DNA of 32,000 nucleotides from Balneolaceae bacterium. GTDB taxonomy: Bacteria > Bacteroidota > Rhodothermia > Balneolales > Balneolaceae. A program made the position numbers and the translations under genes. The DNA is taken from contig OZ245822.1 in the NCBI GenBank assembly GCA_965228545.1, positions 3,162,795 through 3,194,794 on the forward strand, given 5' to 3'. Positions 1 through 10,020 of the stretch are shown here, in pieces; position 1 is the first letter of the stretch; the number at the start of each line of letters is the position of its first letter. The notes beneath the pieces are model-generated. The model searched no databases. It worked only from the letters and a program-made list of their open reading frames with translations, and was not told the DNA's origin.

Positions 1-2
1 CA

Positions 3-1583
3 GAAGGTTCATTAACTAAAGTTGAACTCATTTACACAGTAGCAGGTACAGCCGATACATTAGCTATGACAAATACGGCAGGCACGCAATACTCGGCAGA
101 ACTGCCAGGATTCCCGGATTTAACCACGGTTAACTTCCGCGTTGAAGCTACCGACGATAACGGTTTTGTGGGTAAAGCTCCAAACGCTGGCGAATACACG
201 TTCTTTGTGACCAATACTCAGATCACAACCATCGAATTTGTACAAAAAACCGACGATGGTATGGAAGGTGATAGCCCGTTAGCAGGTGCAGGTACTGTAC
301 CAGCTGATATTACTGCAACCGTAGTAAGCAGTGCTGTTACCGATGGTTTTATTACCATTCAAGACAGAGCAGCTATGTGGTCAGGTATTTTTGTAGCAAC
401 AGGTGGCGATGCTGATGCATTGTTAGAAGGCGATATTATCAATATTACTAGCTTCGAAGTAACAGAAAACTTTGGTATTTCGAACATGAATATTGGCTCA
501 TTTACAAAAGTGGGAACCAATTCTCAAATGGATACACTTGCAGTAACAGGTTTATTAACTCAAGATGTAACATCGAATTACGAACCATACGAAGGTGTAC
601 TTGTAACCTTTAGTGACGTAAAAATTACCACCAACCAAGCTGATGGCCCAGACAGAGATTTTGGCGAGTTTGAGTTTGGATCGCGACAAGGTGGTGAAGC
701 CGCTGTTGATACGTTAATGGCGGGCGAAGGTCTTCGTTATGATGATGCATCCAGAAGACTTAATGGCACAGTTAATGAAACCATTAAAATTGGTGCTACG
801 TTAGAATCAATTTCAGGTGTAGTTAATTTCTCATTTAGTAATGTAAAGCTAATTGGTGGAGATCCTGATTTCTTCAATGGTGATAACTTTACCTATCCAG
901 ATCCACGATTTACCTTAGATAAACCAAGCGACGACGCTACGGTAGAAGTTACCGGTGATATCACTGTGGAATGGACATCAACAACCGATTTTGACGGCAA
1001 TGATTTAACCTATACTTGGGTGCTATATTCTGCCGCTGATACAACCGAAATTGTTGCTGTTCCTTCAAACAACGAAGGGGAAGATGCGCTTGTAACGCTA
1101 AGCTTCGATACCGTTGATGCACTATTAGCCGGTAGCGGATTAGCTGTAGGCGAGAGTGCAGACTTCGTATGGAACGTATTAGTAAGCGATGGTAACGACA
1201 CGCTTGCTGTTGCCAGTGATTACGATCTTGAAACCAATACTTTTGTAACCACTTACAACGAGCTAACGCTTACTCGTGGTCTTTCAACCAGCAACGAAAG
1301 TGAGTTTGGTGTTCCAACAGAATTTGCTTTAAAGCAAAACTATCCGAACCCATTTAACCCAAGCACAACCATTAATTTTGCTCTGCCGCAAACAAGCAGA
1401 GTTACCTTAACTGTGTTTGATATGCTTGGCCGAAAAGTAGCTACTTTGCTAAATGGCGATCAGTTGCCGGCTGCAAATCATGCTGTAAAATTTGACGCAA
1501 GCGCACTTGCCAGCGGTATGTACATTTACCGAATTGAGGCAGGAAGCTTTGTAAGCACCAGAAAAATGATGCTTATTAAATAA
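3..1583 (+). CDS. Secreted/cell-surface protein with T9SS C-terminal sorting domain (5'-truncated by window edge)
   Basis: The frame is open from nt 3, with no stop before the ATG at 66, so the gene begins upstream of the window. The last ~80 aa (KQNYPNPFNPSTTINFALPQ...GMYIYRIEAGSFVSTRKMMLIK) fit the Por/T9SS C-terminal sorting domain pattern. A strong hairpin terminator follows. Confidence 0.8.
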   Translation, partial: EGSLTKVELIYTVAGTADTLAMTNTAGTQYSAELPGFPDLTTVNFRVEATDDNGFVGKAPNAGEYTFFVTNTQITTIEFVQKTDDGMEGDSPLAGAGTVPADITATVVSSAVTDGFITIQDRAAMWSGIFVATGGDADALLEGDIINITSFEVTENFGISNMNIGSFTKVGTNSQMDTLAVTGLLTQDVTSNYEPYEGVLVTFSDVKITTNQADGPDRDFGEFEFGSRQGGEAAVDTLMAGEGLRYDDASRRLNGTVNETIKIGATLESISGVVNFSFSNVKLIGGDPDFFNGDNFTYPDPRFTLDKPSDDATVEVTGDITVEWTSTTDFDGNDLTYTWVLYSAADTTEIVAVPSNNEGEDALVTLSFDTVDALLAGSGLAVGESADFVWNVLVSDGNDTLAVASDYDLETNTFVTTYNELTLTRGLSTSNESEFGVPTEFALKQNYPNPFNPSTTINFALPQTSRVTLTVFDMLGRKVATLLNGDQLPAANHAVKFDASALASGMYIYRIEAGSFVSTRKMMLIK

Positions 1584-1592
1584 ACCAACTCG

Positions 1593-1630
1593 AAAGCAGG
1601 CCGGATGCTTACAATTCGGCCTGCTTTTTT
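1593..1630 (+). terminator. Rho-independent terminator after the T9SS cargo gene
   Basis: The arms AAAGCAGGCCG (1593-1603) and CGGCCTGCTTT (1617-1627) are perfectly complementary. The loop is 13 nt and the hairpin runs into TTTTTT. Confidence 0.8.
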
Positions 1631-1643
1631 AATACATGTTTAA

Positions 1644-3137
1644 GTGAAATCAGCTTACCAATTAATAGTTATTCTTCTTTTTGTTGGCCTATTTGTTAGT
1701 TGCGAAACAGCACCAACGGGAGATTTTGTAGAGAATAAACCACCGAATACCTTTTTGACGGTAGATCAAATCAATAGAGAGGGAGATTTCAGGCTATCAA
1801 GTCAAATCAACATTAGTTGGTGGGGAACCGATAGCGACGGGTATATTGTAGGATATGAATATGCCATTAACGATACGTCAGATAATGCTTGGAGCTTCAC
1901 TACAGCAACCGATAGTACATTTATATTACCGATTACACAAGGCAACGTTGAAGACGATGTGTTGTTTAAAATTCGAGCCATCGATAACGATGGAGCAATC
2001 GACGCTTCCGGAGCTGAATTAGTATTTCCAATTGTTAATTCGAACCCAACAGTTGAACTCAACCTTACCGAACTACCACCAGACACTTTATACTCTATTG
2101 CTAGCTTTGGTTGGACCATAGCCGATCCCGACGGGCTGGGTAATATCCAGAGAACTGAAGTAGCTATAAACGACATTTCTAATGGTTGGACTTCTATTCC
2201 AATTATTGAAGGAGAAGACCGAGTTTTTATTTCTCTAGAAATAGATAATTCAACCGAAGGAGCGAAATCAGCACAAGTTTTTCAAGGCAGAAGTTTTAGC
2301 ACACTACCAAATATTGTTTTAGATGGCGTAGTTGTAGGTGCTACAAATACATTTTATGTGCGAACGGTTGATAATGCCGGCGCTCAAAGTCAAATCGACT
2401 CAACCAGCTGGTACGTTAAAAAACAACAATCCCGCGTATTGTTCTTTAACGATTTCAGAGGCGGAAACACCGACGAAAAACAAGCTGAACATTTAAATTA
2501 CCTAAATCAGATAGGTATTAATCCAGATATCTGGATTATTAATGATGGAGATATAAACCAAGGACAAGTTCCTTTTTCGTCTGCATTTCCTGCTGTTAAA
2601 GATCCAACACTCACAAAAACCTTAAAAAACTGGGATCACATTTACTGGTTGTCTAGCGATTTGAGAAGAAATATTTCATTTGCCCAAGAAATTTTAGGCG
2701 AGTTTTTTGACGAAGGCGGTTCGCTGTTTGCCCATATACCCATTTCCGGAGTAACTCAAGAAAACCCTGTATTCGATCTGATACCCGTAGATTCAATTGC
2801 AAATGGTAATTTTCTGATTTTGGATAATAAACCAGTATTTGCCGATTCAGTAGAATTAGATTCCAACTTGGATATGAAAGTGGATGTTAGCTTTGCCATC
2901 GATTATGCTCAGCCACTAAAAGCAGTTAGTGGTGCGCAAAGCTTATACACAGCCGATTTTGATCGCCGCACTTCACGTGGAGTAAGAGCTTATGATGGCT
3001 ACGAAACCATTGCAATTGAAAACTCCGAAGGAAACCTAATCTATTTTAGCCTCGACATCGAAGATATTCAAGGCAATAACAACGTTATTGATGTGCTTAC
3101 AGAGCTACTCATTAACCGTTTAAATTTTAAGCAATAG
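1644..3137 (+). CDS. Hypothetical lipoprotein with internally repeated beta-sandwich-like modules
   Basis: GTG start. The N-terminus MKSAYQLIVILLFVGLFVSC is a signal peptide with a lipobox Cys. Two similar modules are present (ISWWGTDSDGYIVGYEYAINDTSDNAWSF and FGWTIADPDGLGNIQRTEVAINDISNGWTS). I recognise no family. Confidence 0.6.
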   Translation: MKSAYQLIVILLFVGLFVSCETAPTGDFVENKPPNTFLTVDQINREGDFRLSSQINISWWGTDSDGYIVGYEYAINDTSDNAWSFTTATDSTFILPITQGNVEDDVLFKIRAIDNDGAIDASGAELVFPIVNSNPTVELNLTELPPDTLYSIASFGWTIADPDGLGNIQRTEVAINDISNGWTSIPIIEGEDRVFISLEIDNSTEGAKSAQVFQGRSFSTLPNIVLDGVVVGATNTFYVRTVDNAGAQSQIDSTSWYVKKQQSRVLFFNDFRGGNTDEKQAEHLNYLNQIGINPDIWIINDGDINQGQVPFSSAFPAVKDPTLTKTLKNWDHIYWLSSDLRRNISFAQEILGEFFDEGGSLFAHIPISGVTQENPVFDLIPVDSIANGNFLILDNKPVFADSVELDSNLDMKVDVSFAIDYAQPLKAVSGAQSLYTADFDRRTSRGVRAYDGYETIAIENSEGNLIYFSLDIEDIQGNNNVIDVLTELLINRLNFKQ

Positions 3138-3141
3138 AAGT

Positions 3142-6099
3142 ATGATAAAACGACATCTATCTGCATTTTTACTCACTATCTTTTTGGTTTCGATTCCGGC
3201 ATTAGCCCAATCAACCGGCCGGATTAGTGGCGTGATTACCGAAGCAGGCATAAACGAGCCTTTACCCGCCGTAAACGTTCGAATAGTTGGCTCCAATTTA
3301 GGTGCAGCAACCGATATTGATGGAAACTATACCATTCGTGGAATTCGTCCAGGCGAATATACTATCGAAATATCTTTTCTTGGCTTCAAAAAAGTACAGG
3401 TTACAGGTATTAAAGTTGAGGCCGGCGAAACTACCGTTGTAAATCAAACACTGGAAGAAGAAGTATTTGAAGCGGATGGAGAGGTAGTAGTAATAGGCGA
3501 GGCACCAATTTTTGATGTTGAGAAATCGAATACCTCGGTTAATATCTCTCGGCAAGATTTAGAAGCAGCTCCAATCCAGCGTGTAGAAGATGCGGTTTCA
3601 TTGCAATCTGGAGTTGTTAAAGACCCAACCGGACTATATATCAAAGGTGGCCGTGCCTACGAAACCGGATTTGTGGTTGATGGTGTATCTGCACAGGATC
3701 CATTGGCAGGTACTGGATTCGGGTTAGATTTGGGTTCAAATTCGTTCTCGAATGTTGAAGTAATAACCGGTGGCGTTGGCGCAGAATATGGCGATGTAAC
3801 TTCAGGTGTTGTAGCTGTACAAACACAAAACGGTGGCGAGCGCTACGAGGGAACGTTTACTCACAAGCGAGATAATCTTGGTTCCAATAATATGGCCAAC
3901 CAAGCCAACTTCTTCGAAGATGTATATGAATTTACACTTGGTGGCCCCGGAATTGTCACCGAGCGACTACTGCCCTCTCTGGGATTGAATTTGCCGGGTA
4001 CATTCACCTTCTTCTTAACCGGGCAAGTTGGCTTTACCGATGGGTATACAAAAATTTCAGCAAACCAAATTCGATCATCTATCGTAGATAGCGAGTTTTG
4101 GTCGCCCCGGCAAGGAAATCGCTGGAATGGTATGATGAAATTAACCTACAATGTACGCCCGGGTTTACGAGTTCAGGCAGCGTATCAGCGTTCGTTAACT
4201 ATCAATCAAAATACACGCATGTTGCAGATAACCGGTGCAGATACACAAATACGGCCGGGTTTCCAGTTCGCTTTTTCGAATGGATTTTTAGATAACGCAA
4301 ATACGTATACACACGATAGTAATTTGTCATACTTGAAATGGACACAAACTATTGATCAGTCTTCGTTTTTCGAAGTTCAACTAAGCCGATTGTTCACTCA
4401 GCTACGTGCCGATGCAAATGGCCGTGATTGGAGGCCGGAAAATGTAGACAGTGAATTTGATCCCGAAAGTATAGTAACTCGTCCGGCTGAAGAATTCCAA
4501 GGTACAGACGATTTCACCTATGTGTTAGCTGGTCCAGGATATTTCAATAATGGCGGTATCGCTCAGCTATGGCACGATCACTTTGCTGAAGAAGTCACAT
4601 TAAAGTCATCATTCACGAAATTTTTTGGCGAGCGTATTAATCAAATTGTGGTAGGCTTCGAAGCGAAATTCAACGACTACCAATGGGTAGATATCACTCG
4701 TCCTTGGATTGGGGCCCCCATCAAGATTGATGACGATACTTTCTCCGAGACGTTCAGAGTTGGAGAAACTTTTGATGCATGGCGTGTAAAGCCTAAACGT
4801 GGAGCATTATTCATTACCGATAAAGTGAGATATAATGGACTAATAGCCAATATTGGGGCACGCATCGAGTACTGGGCGCCGGGTAGATATGTTGATAATG
4901 CGGTAGAAGACGCACTAGCCGAAAATTCGGTATCAACCATTCCCCGATTTATTGCCGAACAGTATCAAGAGAGTACTACCGAAGTATTCGGGTTGCGTTA
5001 CAAATTCCGATTCCTGCCTAAGGTAAACGTGTCTTTCCCTGTTAAAGACAATCAGGTTTTATTTTTCAATTACGGGCATTCCGCGCGTGTGCCTCATCCA
5101 ACTTTTATTTATGCGGGATTAGACCCTTTTTATCAAGACCAGTCTGATCTACCGGATTTAGGAAACCCAAATTTGGATCCTGAAATTGATATTTCCTATG
5201 AAATCGGTTTCCGAAATCAAATTACTTCTAACGATGCGCTCAATATTTCGGCCTTCTGGCGAGATAAATATGATTTTGTAACCTCACAGCTAATTCGAGT
5301 ACAAGATGTGGATGGCCGCGATGTTTCAAAAGCGTTCCGTATTAATGGTGATTATGCACGTGCAAGAGGGATTGAAATGTCGTACTTAAAACGATATAAA
5401 GATTTATTGCGCGGACAGCTTTCCTTTACATACTCTCGTGCAGAAGGACTTAGTTCAACTAATGATGATAATCTGAACAGCATAAACGCACGCCAAAATA
5501 TTGGTAGCAACGTAGAAACACCACTTGCATGGGATCGCCCATTCGATATCAAAGGGAATGTTACATTCACTTACGATCGAAGCAACCCCTTACTCGATCT
5601 TGGTATTTTAAATCAGTTTCAGATGTTTTTATCTGCAGTTTGGCGAAGTGGAACCCGATACACACCTAACGAATTTGTTGGCTTCCAGCGAAATCCGGTA
5701 ACCGGAGAGGAAGATTGGCGTCCGATTTATGAGCGTGTTGATGATCCGGCGAAACGATTCAGTGAAGTTGGCCCTGCATGGTTTACCGTCGACTTCAACT
5801 TCCGAAAATGGTTCGAAATAAACGATACACAAATTTCTGCCTTTGTTGAAATCACCAATTTATTAAACAACCGCAGTTCGGTTATTGTAAACCCTGTAAC
5901 AGGCGAAGGCTACAAACAATATCCATCCGATCCGGCTGCTCTCATTGCTTTACGCGACGATCGTAGCTACGATGTTCCAACTAATGTTCGTGATCCTCGC
6001 TATCTGGATCCAACCGATAATAATCTTCCTTCCTACGATAACCCTGCCAATTACATAGAGCAGCGTCATATTTTGGTTGGCTTATCCGTACGATTCTAA
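3142..6099 (+). CDS. TonB-dependent outer-membrane receptor with N-terminal carboxypeptidase-regulatory-like domain
   Basis: It has a signal peptide ending ALAQ. A CarboxypepD_reg-like stretch follows (GRISGVITEAGINEPLPAVNVRIVGSNLGAATDIDGNYTIRGIRPGEYTIEISFLGFKK). A plug-like region is present (LQSGVV...IKGGRAYETGFVVDGV...GVGAEYGDVTSGVVAVQT). The C-terminal beta-signal is LVGLSVRF. Confidence 0.85.
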   Translation: MIKRHLSAFLLTIFLVSIPALAQSTGRISGVITEAGINEPLPAVNVRIVGSNLGAATDIDGNYTIRGIRPGEYTIEISFLGFKKVQVTGIKVEAGETTVVNQTLEEEVFEADGEVVVIGEAPIFDVEKSNTSVNISRQDLEAAPIQRVEDAVSLQSGVVKDPTGLYIKGGRAYETGFVVDGVSAQDPLAGTGFGLDLGSNSFSNVEVITGGVGAEYGDVTSGVVAVQTQNGGERYEGTFTHKRDNLGSNNMANQANFFEDVYEFTLGGPGIVTERLLPSLGLNLPGTFTFFLTGQVGFTDGYTKISANQIRSSIVDSEFWSPRQGNRWNGMMKLTYNVRPGLRVQAAYQRSLTINQNTRMLQITGADTQIRPGFQFAFSNGFLDNANTYTHDSNLSYLKWTQTIDQSSFFEVQLSRLFTQLRADANGRDWRPENVDSEFDPESIVTRPAEEFQGTDDFTYVLAGPGYFNNGGIAQLWHDHFAEEVTLKSSFTKFFGERINQIVVGFEAKFNDYQWVDITRPWIGAPIKIDDDTFSETFRVGETFDAWRVKPKRGALFITDKVRYNGLIANIGARIEYWAPGRYVDNAVEDALAENSVSTIPRFIAEQYQESTTEVFGLRYKFRFLPKVNVSFPVKDNQVLFFNYGHSARVPHPTFIYAGLDPFYQDQSDLPDLGNPNLDPEIDISYEIGFRNQITSNDALNISAFWRDKYDFVTSQLIRVQDVDGRDVSKAFRINGDYARARGIEMSYLKRYKDLLRGQLSFTYSRAEGLSSTNDDNLNSINARQNIGSNVETPLAWDRPFDIKGNVTFTYDRSNPLLDLGILNQFQMFLSAVWRSGTRYTPNEFVGFQRNPVTGEEDWRPIYERVDDPAKRFSEVGPAWFTVDFNFRKWFEINDTQISAFVEITNLLNNRSSVIVNPVTGEGYKQYPSDPAALIALRDDRSYDVPTNVRDPRYLDPTDNNLPSYDNPANYIEQRHILVGLSVRF

Positions 6100-7088
6100 T
6101 GCATATGAAGAAATTTCTACTCCCACTTTGTGTACTGTTCACGTTTGCCACTCCACTGTTTGCGCAGGGTAGTTTTGGCGAAGACCGTGCAGGAACCGAA
6201 GGGTTTCAGTTTACAAAAATAGCAGTTGATCCCAGAAGCGCGGCAATGGGCAATTCAAATATGGCAGATGCTTACGATGCCTCTAGTTTATATTGGAACC
6301 CTGCGCTTTCAGCTCGCCTCGAAGGCAGTAATGTAATGCTCAGCCATACGCGTTATTTCGCAGGCATAAATCTCGATTACTTTTCTGTTGTTCAAAAAGT
6401 GGGCGATTTTGCTTTGGGTGGTTCCGTGCAATATTTGAGTTCAGGAGATATCACTGAAACCACTGAATTTCAACCTTTTGGCACTGGCAGAACCTTTGCT
6501 ACCCATCATTTGTCGGCGGGGGCTTCTGTATCCCATGAAGTAACCGAACTCTTCAGTTATGGTATTACTTTTCGCTATCTGATGGAAAAAATCGAAGAAA
6601 TACAATACCAAAGTGGTGCTATCGACTTTGGGTTTTCTTACCTCGTTGGTGATACCGGTCTGAGATTTGCCGTGGGAATAAATAACTTTGGATTTGATTC
6701 AAGCCCTGAAGGCACTACAACCCGAGAAAGCTTAAATGGAGTGGAAGAAATTGAACCGGAAGAGCAGCAATCGCTACCAACCCGATTTTTAATTGGTGCC
6801 GCTTACGATTTGATCGACAACGAAGAAAACTCGTTGGTACTAACCGCTCAAATCACCAACCCAAGCGACAATGCCGAACAATTTAATCTGGGTGCCGAAT
6901 ATGGTTTTATGAAGCAATTTTTTGTGCGAACCGGTTATGAGTTTGGCATCGAAGAACGCAAAATTCCAAGTTTTGGTGCCGGTGTGGAATTACCATTTGG
7001 AAACAGAATAATACGCGCAGATTATGCGTACTCTTTATACGAACGCCTCGGTGAAATTCATCGAATAGCTATTAATGTAGCATTATGA
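6099..7088 (+). CDS. PorV/PorQ-family outer-membrane beta-barrel protein
   Basis: It has a signal peptide ending LFAQ. The N-terminal motif GTEGFQFTKIAVDPRSAAMGNSNMADAYDASSLYWNPALSA matches the PorV/PorQ family signature as I know it. Its start overlaps the upstream stop (TAATG). Confidence 0.7.
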   Translation: MHMKKFLLPLCVLFTFATPLFAQGSFGEDRAGTEGFQFTKIAVDPRSAAMGNSNMADAYDASSLYWNPALSARLEGSNVMLSHTRYFAGINLDYFSVVQKVGDFALGGSVQYLSSGDITETTEFQPFGTGRTFATHHLSAGASVSHEVTELFSYGITFRYLMEKIEEIQYQSGAIDFGFSYLVGDTGLRFAVGINNFGFDSSPEGTTTRESLNGVEEIEPEEQQSLPTRFLIGAAYDLIDNEENSLVLTAQITNPSDNAEQFNLGAEYGFMKQFFVRTGYEFGIEERKIPSFGAGVELPFGNRIIRADYAYSLYERLGEIHRIAINVAL

Positions 7089-8377
7089 GAGAACAACGTT
7101 TTTACTTACTTATTTTTGTAATACTTAGCAGCTCACTTGCCGGAGCTTGCGACTCTATTTTTAACTCGAAATCGAATGAAGATACCGACGAAATTTTTGC
7201 GGAGGGTAGAATTGATCCTACATTGGAAAGTGAAGAAGGCTACGCACTTGTACAGCCGGTTTGGACCGACTTCGACGCACCTACCGATGTACATGTTGGT
7301 TTCGATGAGTTCGTATATGTAACTGATGCCAATGGCCTTCATATTCTGGATCTTGCTGATTTGTCGCCAAGACTTAGCATCGATTTAAATGGGGCAAACG
7401 CCATCACACAAGATCGATTGCTAAACGTATACGTCTCTGCTCGCATCGACACAGTGATTGAGTCAATTGACCCGAATGTTACCTGGAATTTACCGGCTAT
7501 TTTTAAAATCAAGAACTTGAATGGAGCAGGTCCAATTACCTACGTAGACACTCTCATTTTTCCATTTGATGATGCAAGTTTAAGTACTTCAGCTGCTCAG
7601 AATGCTAGGCTTAACAAAGGCTCATCAATCAACTACGAAAATGTTCAAATTACCGGTCTTGCGGTATTAGCCGATAATACCCTTTACGTAACACGGAGAG
7701 GTCCATCAAACTCCACAACCCAAGTTGCAGCACCTGATAATACCGTTTTAGAGTTTCGTAGAATAACCGTTGATGGTGTAACCACGAACAAAATGCAGAA
7801 TGTGCGGCAAATAAGGGCACTAAACCCTACTATTCCGTCGCTAAGAAGTGGTATTGGAATGAGTGCAATCGCATCCTTTGTAGCCCCTCCGCAGCGCGAT
7901 TCTTTTACCAGCGATCGCAGCTTTCTAGTTGCTCAAGCCGATCAATCAAAAGATATCGCATTTAGAGTACTCTGGATTGAAGCAGTTGAAACAATTGATG
8001 GTTTGGTTTTTCAACAAAACGCCACGCTGTTAGCGCAAGACACTACTCAGGCAGATGGGTTTTTATACGAGCCTAACAAATTCACACAACCCGTAGATAT
8101 TGCATACAGTGGCGATGATAATAGCTTTATCTTTGTAGTTGATGCTGCTCAACATAAACTCTTTCAGTTTCAAACAAACGGGCAAGAAGGTGTGCCACCG
8201 CCAGCTGGAGCTGTTGATCAATCTCGTCAAGTATTGGTGTCATTTGGTAAATTAGGTAATGGCCCCAAAGAGTTTAATCAACCAAGTGGCGTAGCCTATT
8301 TCGATCGTATTTTGTACGTTGCCGACAAGGGTAACAATCGAATTGTTCGCTATAAATTAACTTCCGATTTCGAGTAA
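7085..8377 (+). CDS. NHL-repeat lipoprotein
   Basis: The lipoprotein signal is LIFVILSSSLAGAC. A C-terminal NHL-type repeat is present (FNQPSGVAYFDRILYVADKGNNRIVRYKL). It overlaps the PorV-like gene by an ATGA. Confidence 0.65.
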   Translation: MREQRFYLLIFVILSSSLAGACDSIFNSKSNEDTDEIFAEGRIDPTLESEEGYALVQPVWTDFDAPTDVHVGFDEFVYVTDANGLHILDLADLSPRLSIDLNGANAITQDRLLNVYVSARIDTVIESIDPNVTWNLPAIFKIKNLNGAGPITYVDTLIFPFDDASLSTSAAQNARLNKGSSINYENVQITGLAVLADNTLYVTRRGPSNSTTQVAAPDNTVLEFRRITVDGVTTNKMQNVRQIRALNPTIPSLRSGIGMSAIASFVAPPQRDSFTSDRSFLVAQADQSKDIAFRVLWIEAVETIDGLVFQQNATLLAQDTTQADGFLYEPNKFTQPVDIAYSGDDNSFIFVVDAAQHKLFQFQTNGQEGVPPPAGAVDQSRQVLVSFGKLGNGPKEFNQPSGVAYFDRILYVADKGNNRIVRYKLTSDFE

Positions 8378-8392
8378 TTAATAGCTGTTACC

Positions 8393-9601
8393 ATGCGCAG
8401 AGTATTTGTTCTTCTTTTGTTAATTGGAGTAGGATGCTCTGCAAATAATCCATCGCCAAACAAGGTGCTATTAATTTCTTTTGATGGATTTCGCCACGAC
8501 TATCTGAACAAGACAGATACCCCGAACTTTGATCAAATGATTGAGGATGGGGTGATAAGTGAAGGATTAATTACCATTTATCCATCCAACACGTTTCCAA
8601 ACTACTATGCTATTGCTACCGGGTTATATCCGGAAAACAACGGCTTCATCAACAATTCTATGTACGATAGCACCATTGGAACCTGGTTTTCGATGCGTGA
8701 TCGCGAGCAGGTAGAGAATCCGGCATGGTATGGCGGCGAGCCAATCTGGAATACTGCCGAAAAACAAGGCGTTCGATCCGGAACTATGTTTTGGGTAGGC
8801 TCGGAAGCTCCCATCCAAAATATGCGACCAACCCACTGGAAACGATACGATGGAAGCATGCCTAACCGAGATCGTATTGATTCTGTATTAAGTTGGATGA
8901 CACTAGGCACTGCAAAAGAAATCGATTTCGCTACATTATATTTTGATTTTGTGGATGGCGCAGGACATCGACATGGTCCTGATTCGCCAGAGGTTGTGCA
9001 AGCCATTGAGGAAGCCGATGCATTAATGGGCTATTTAACTTCGCAACTGGATTCGTTAGGATTGACCGAAAACCTGAACAAAATTGTGGTTTCCGATCAT
9101 GGTATGACTCAATTATCTAGAGAGCGTATCATTTATATCGATGACTACATCAACACCGAAAATCTCGATGTGTATTCTTGGGGCACGAGTTTTAATGTGC
9201 GTGGCGATGAGAAAACGATTAATGAAATCTTTACTCGCTTAAAGCAAAACGAACAGAACTTTAGAGTTTTCAAAAAGGAAGAATTACCCGAACGATTTCG
9301 ACTCAAAAACTCGCCCCGTGTCCCCGACCTTATTACAATAGCTGATGTTGGTTACATGATTTCAACACGTTCACATGTGGAATCCCGACCTAATTATGCA
9401 ACCGGTGGAACGCATGGGTACGATAACCTGGAACAAGAAATGCATGGCCTCTTTTTCGTTACGGGTCCGGATTTTAAGAAAGGTGAATCAATTAGCTCTG
9501 TCGAAAATATTCACATCTACGAGCTCATCGCTCATTTACTAAATATTGAGTCAGCTGGAACCGATGGAAATATAAATGAGTTAAAATCGGTACTAAAGTA
9601 G
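8393..9601 (+). CDS. Ectonucleotide pyrophosphatase/phosphodiesterase (NPP, alkaline-phosphatase superfamily), secreted/lipoprotein
   Basis: LISFDGFRHDYL and YPSNTFPNYYAIATGLYPENNGF match the NPP catalytic-Thr motif (compare [22 protein letters not shown] in eukaryotic NPPs). It also has DHGM and GTHGYDN metal-site motifs. The signal is LLLLIGVGCS. Confidence 0.8.
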   Translation: MRRVFVLLLLIGVGCSANNPSPNKVLLISFDGFRHDYLNKTDTPNFDQMIEDGVISEGLITIYPSNTFPNYYAIATGLYPENNGFINNSMYDSTIGTWFSMRDREQVENPAWYGGEPIWNTAEKQGVRSGTMFWVGSEAPIQNMRPTHWKRYDGSMPNRDRIDSVLSWMTLGTAKEIDFATLYFDFVDGAGHRHGPDSPEVVQAIEEADALMGYLTSQLDSLGLTENLNKIVVSDHGMTQLSRERIIYIDDYINTENLDVYSWGTSFNVRGDEKTINEIFTRLKQNEQNFRVFKKEELPERFRLKNSPRVPDLITIADVGYMISTRSHVESRPNYATGGTHGYDNLEQEMHGLFFVTGPDFKKGESISSVENIHIYELIAHLLNIESAGTDGNINELKSVLK

Positions 9602-9680
9602 CTATTTGGATTGAATCTAATCCACATCTCTTTGATATTCGCACTTTCATAAATCATCACAAACTCACTCCAGAAAAACC

Positions 9681-10016
9681 ATGCCTTACGTAGTAACAGA
9701 GCCATGTATTCAATGTAAATATACAAATTGCGCGGCGGTGTGCCCGGTTGACGCGTTTCGGGAAGGACCAAATTTCCTCACTATCGACCCAAATGAGTGC
9801 ATCGATTGTGATGCATGTGTTTCAGAATGCCCGGTAGAAGCAATTTTCCCGGATGATGAAGTGCCAGATAAGTGGGAGCATTACATCGAATTAAACGAGC
9901 GCTTAGCCGAGGCCTGGGAAGATCGAATCATCAACGAAACCAAAGATGCACTTCCTGATGCCGACGAGTGGGCAGAAAAAGAAGATAAGCTCGATCAGCT
10001 TGTTGAAGAGTGGTAA
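9681..10016 (+). CDS. fdxA: 7Fe ([3Fe-4S][4Fe-4S]) ferredoxin
   Basis: [56 protein letters not shown] aligns almost position-for-position with Azotobacter-type ferredoxin I ([35 protein letters not shown]...CP). Confidence 0.85.
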   Translation: MPYVVTEPCIQCKYTNCAAVCPVDAFREGPNFLTIDPNECIDCDACVSECPVEAIFPDDEVPDKWEHYIELNERLAEAWEDRIINETKDALPDADEWAEKEDKLDQLVEEW

Positions 10017-10020
10017 TTTT

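Noticed and set aside
1802-2176. Antisense or alternate-frame ORFs inside long CDSs. Examples are 1802-2176(-), 3298-3555(-), 4098-4295(+), 7137-7322(+), 8605-9006(-), 12280-12657(-), 13248-13601(-), 14324-14659(-), 15192-15512(-), 23562-23852(-), 27581-27931(-) and 31251-31601(-).
   Set aside because: All of them lie fully within much longer ORFs that have clear family signatures on the other strand or frame. Their translations are low-complexity or Ser/Arg/Cys-rich shadow products with no recognisable motifs.
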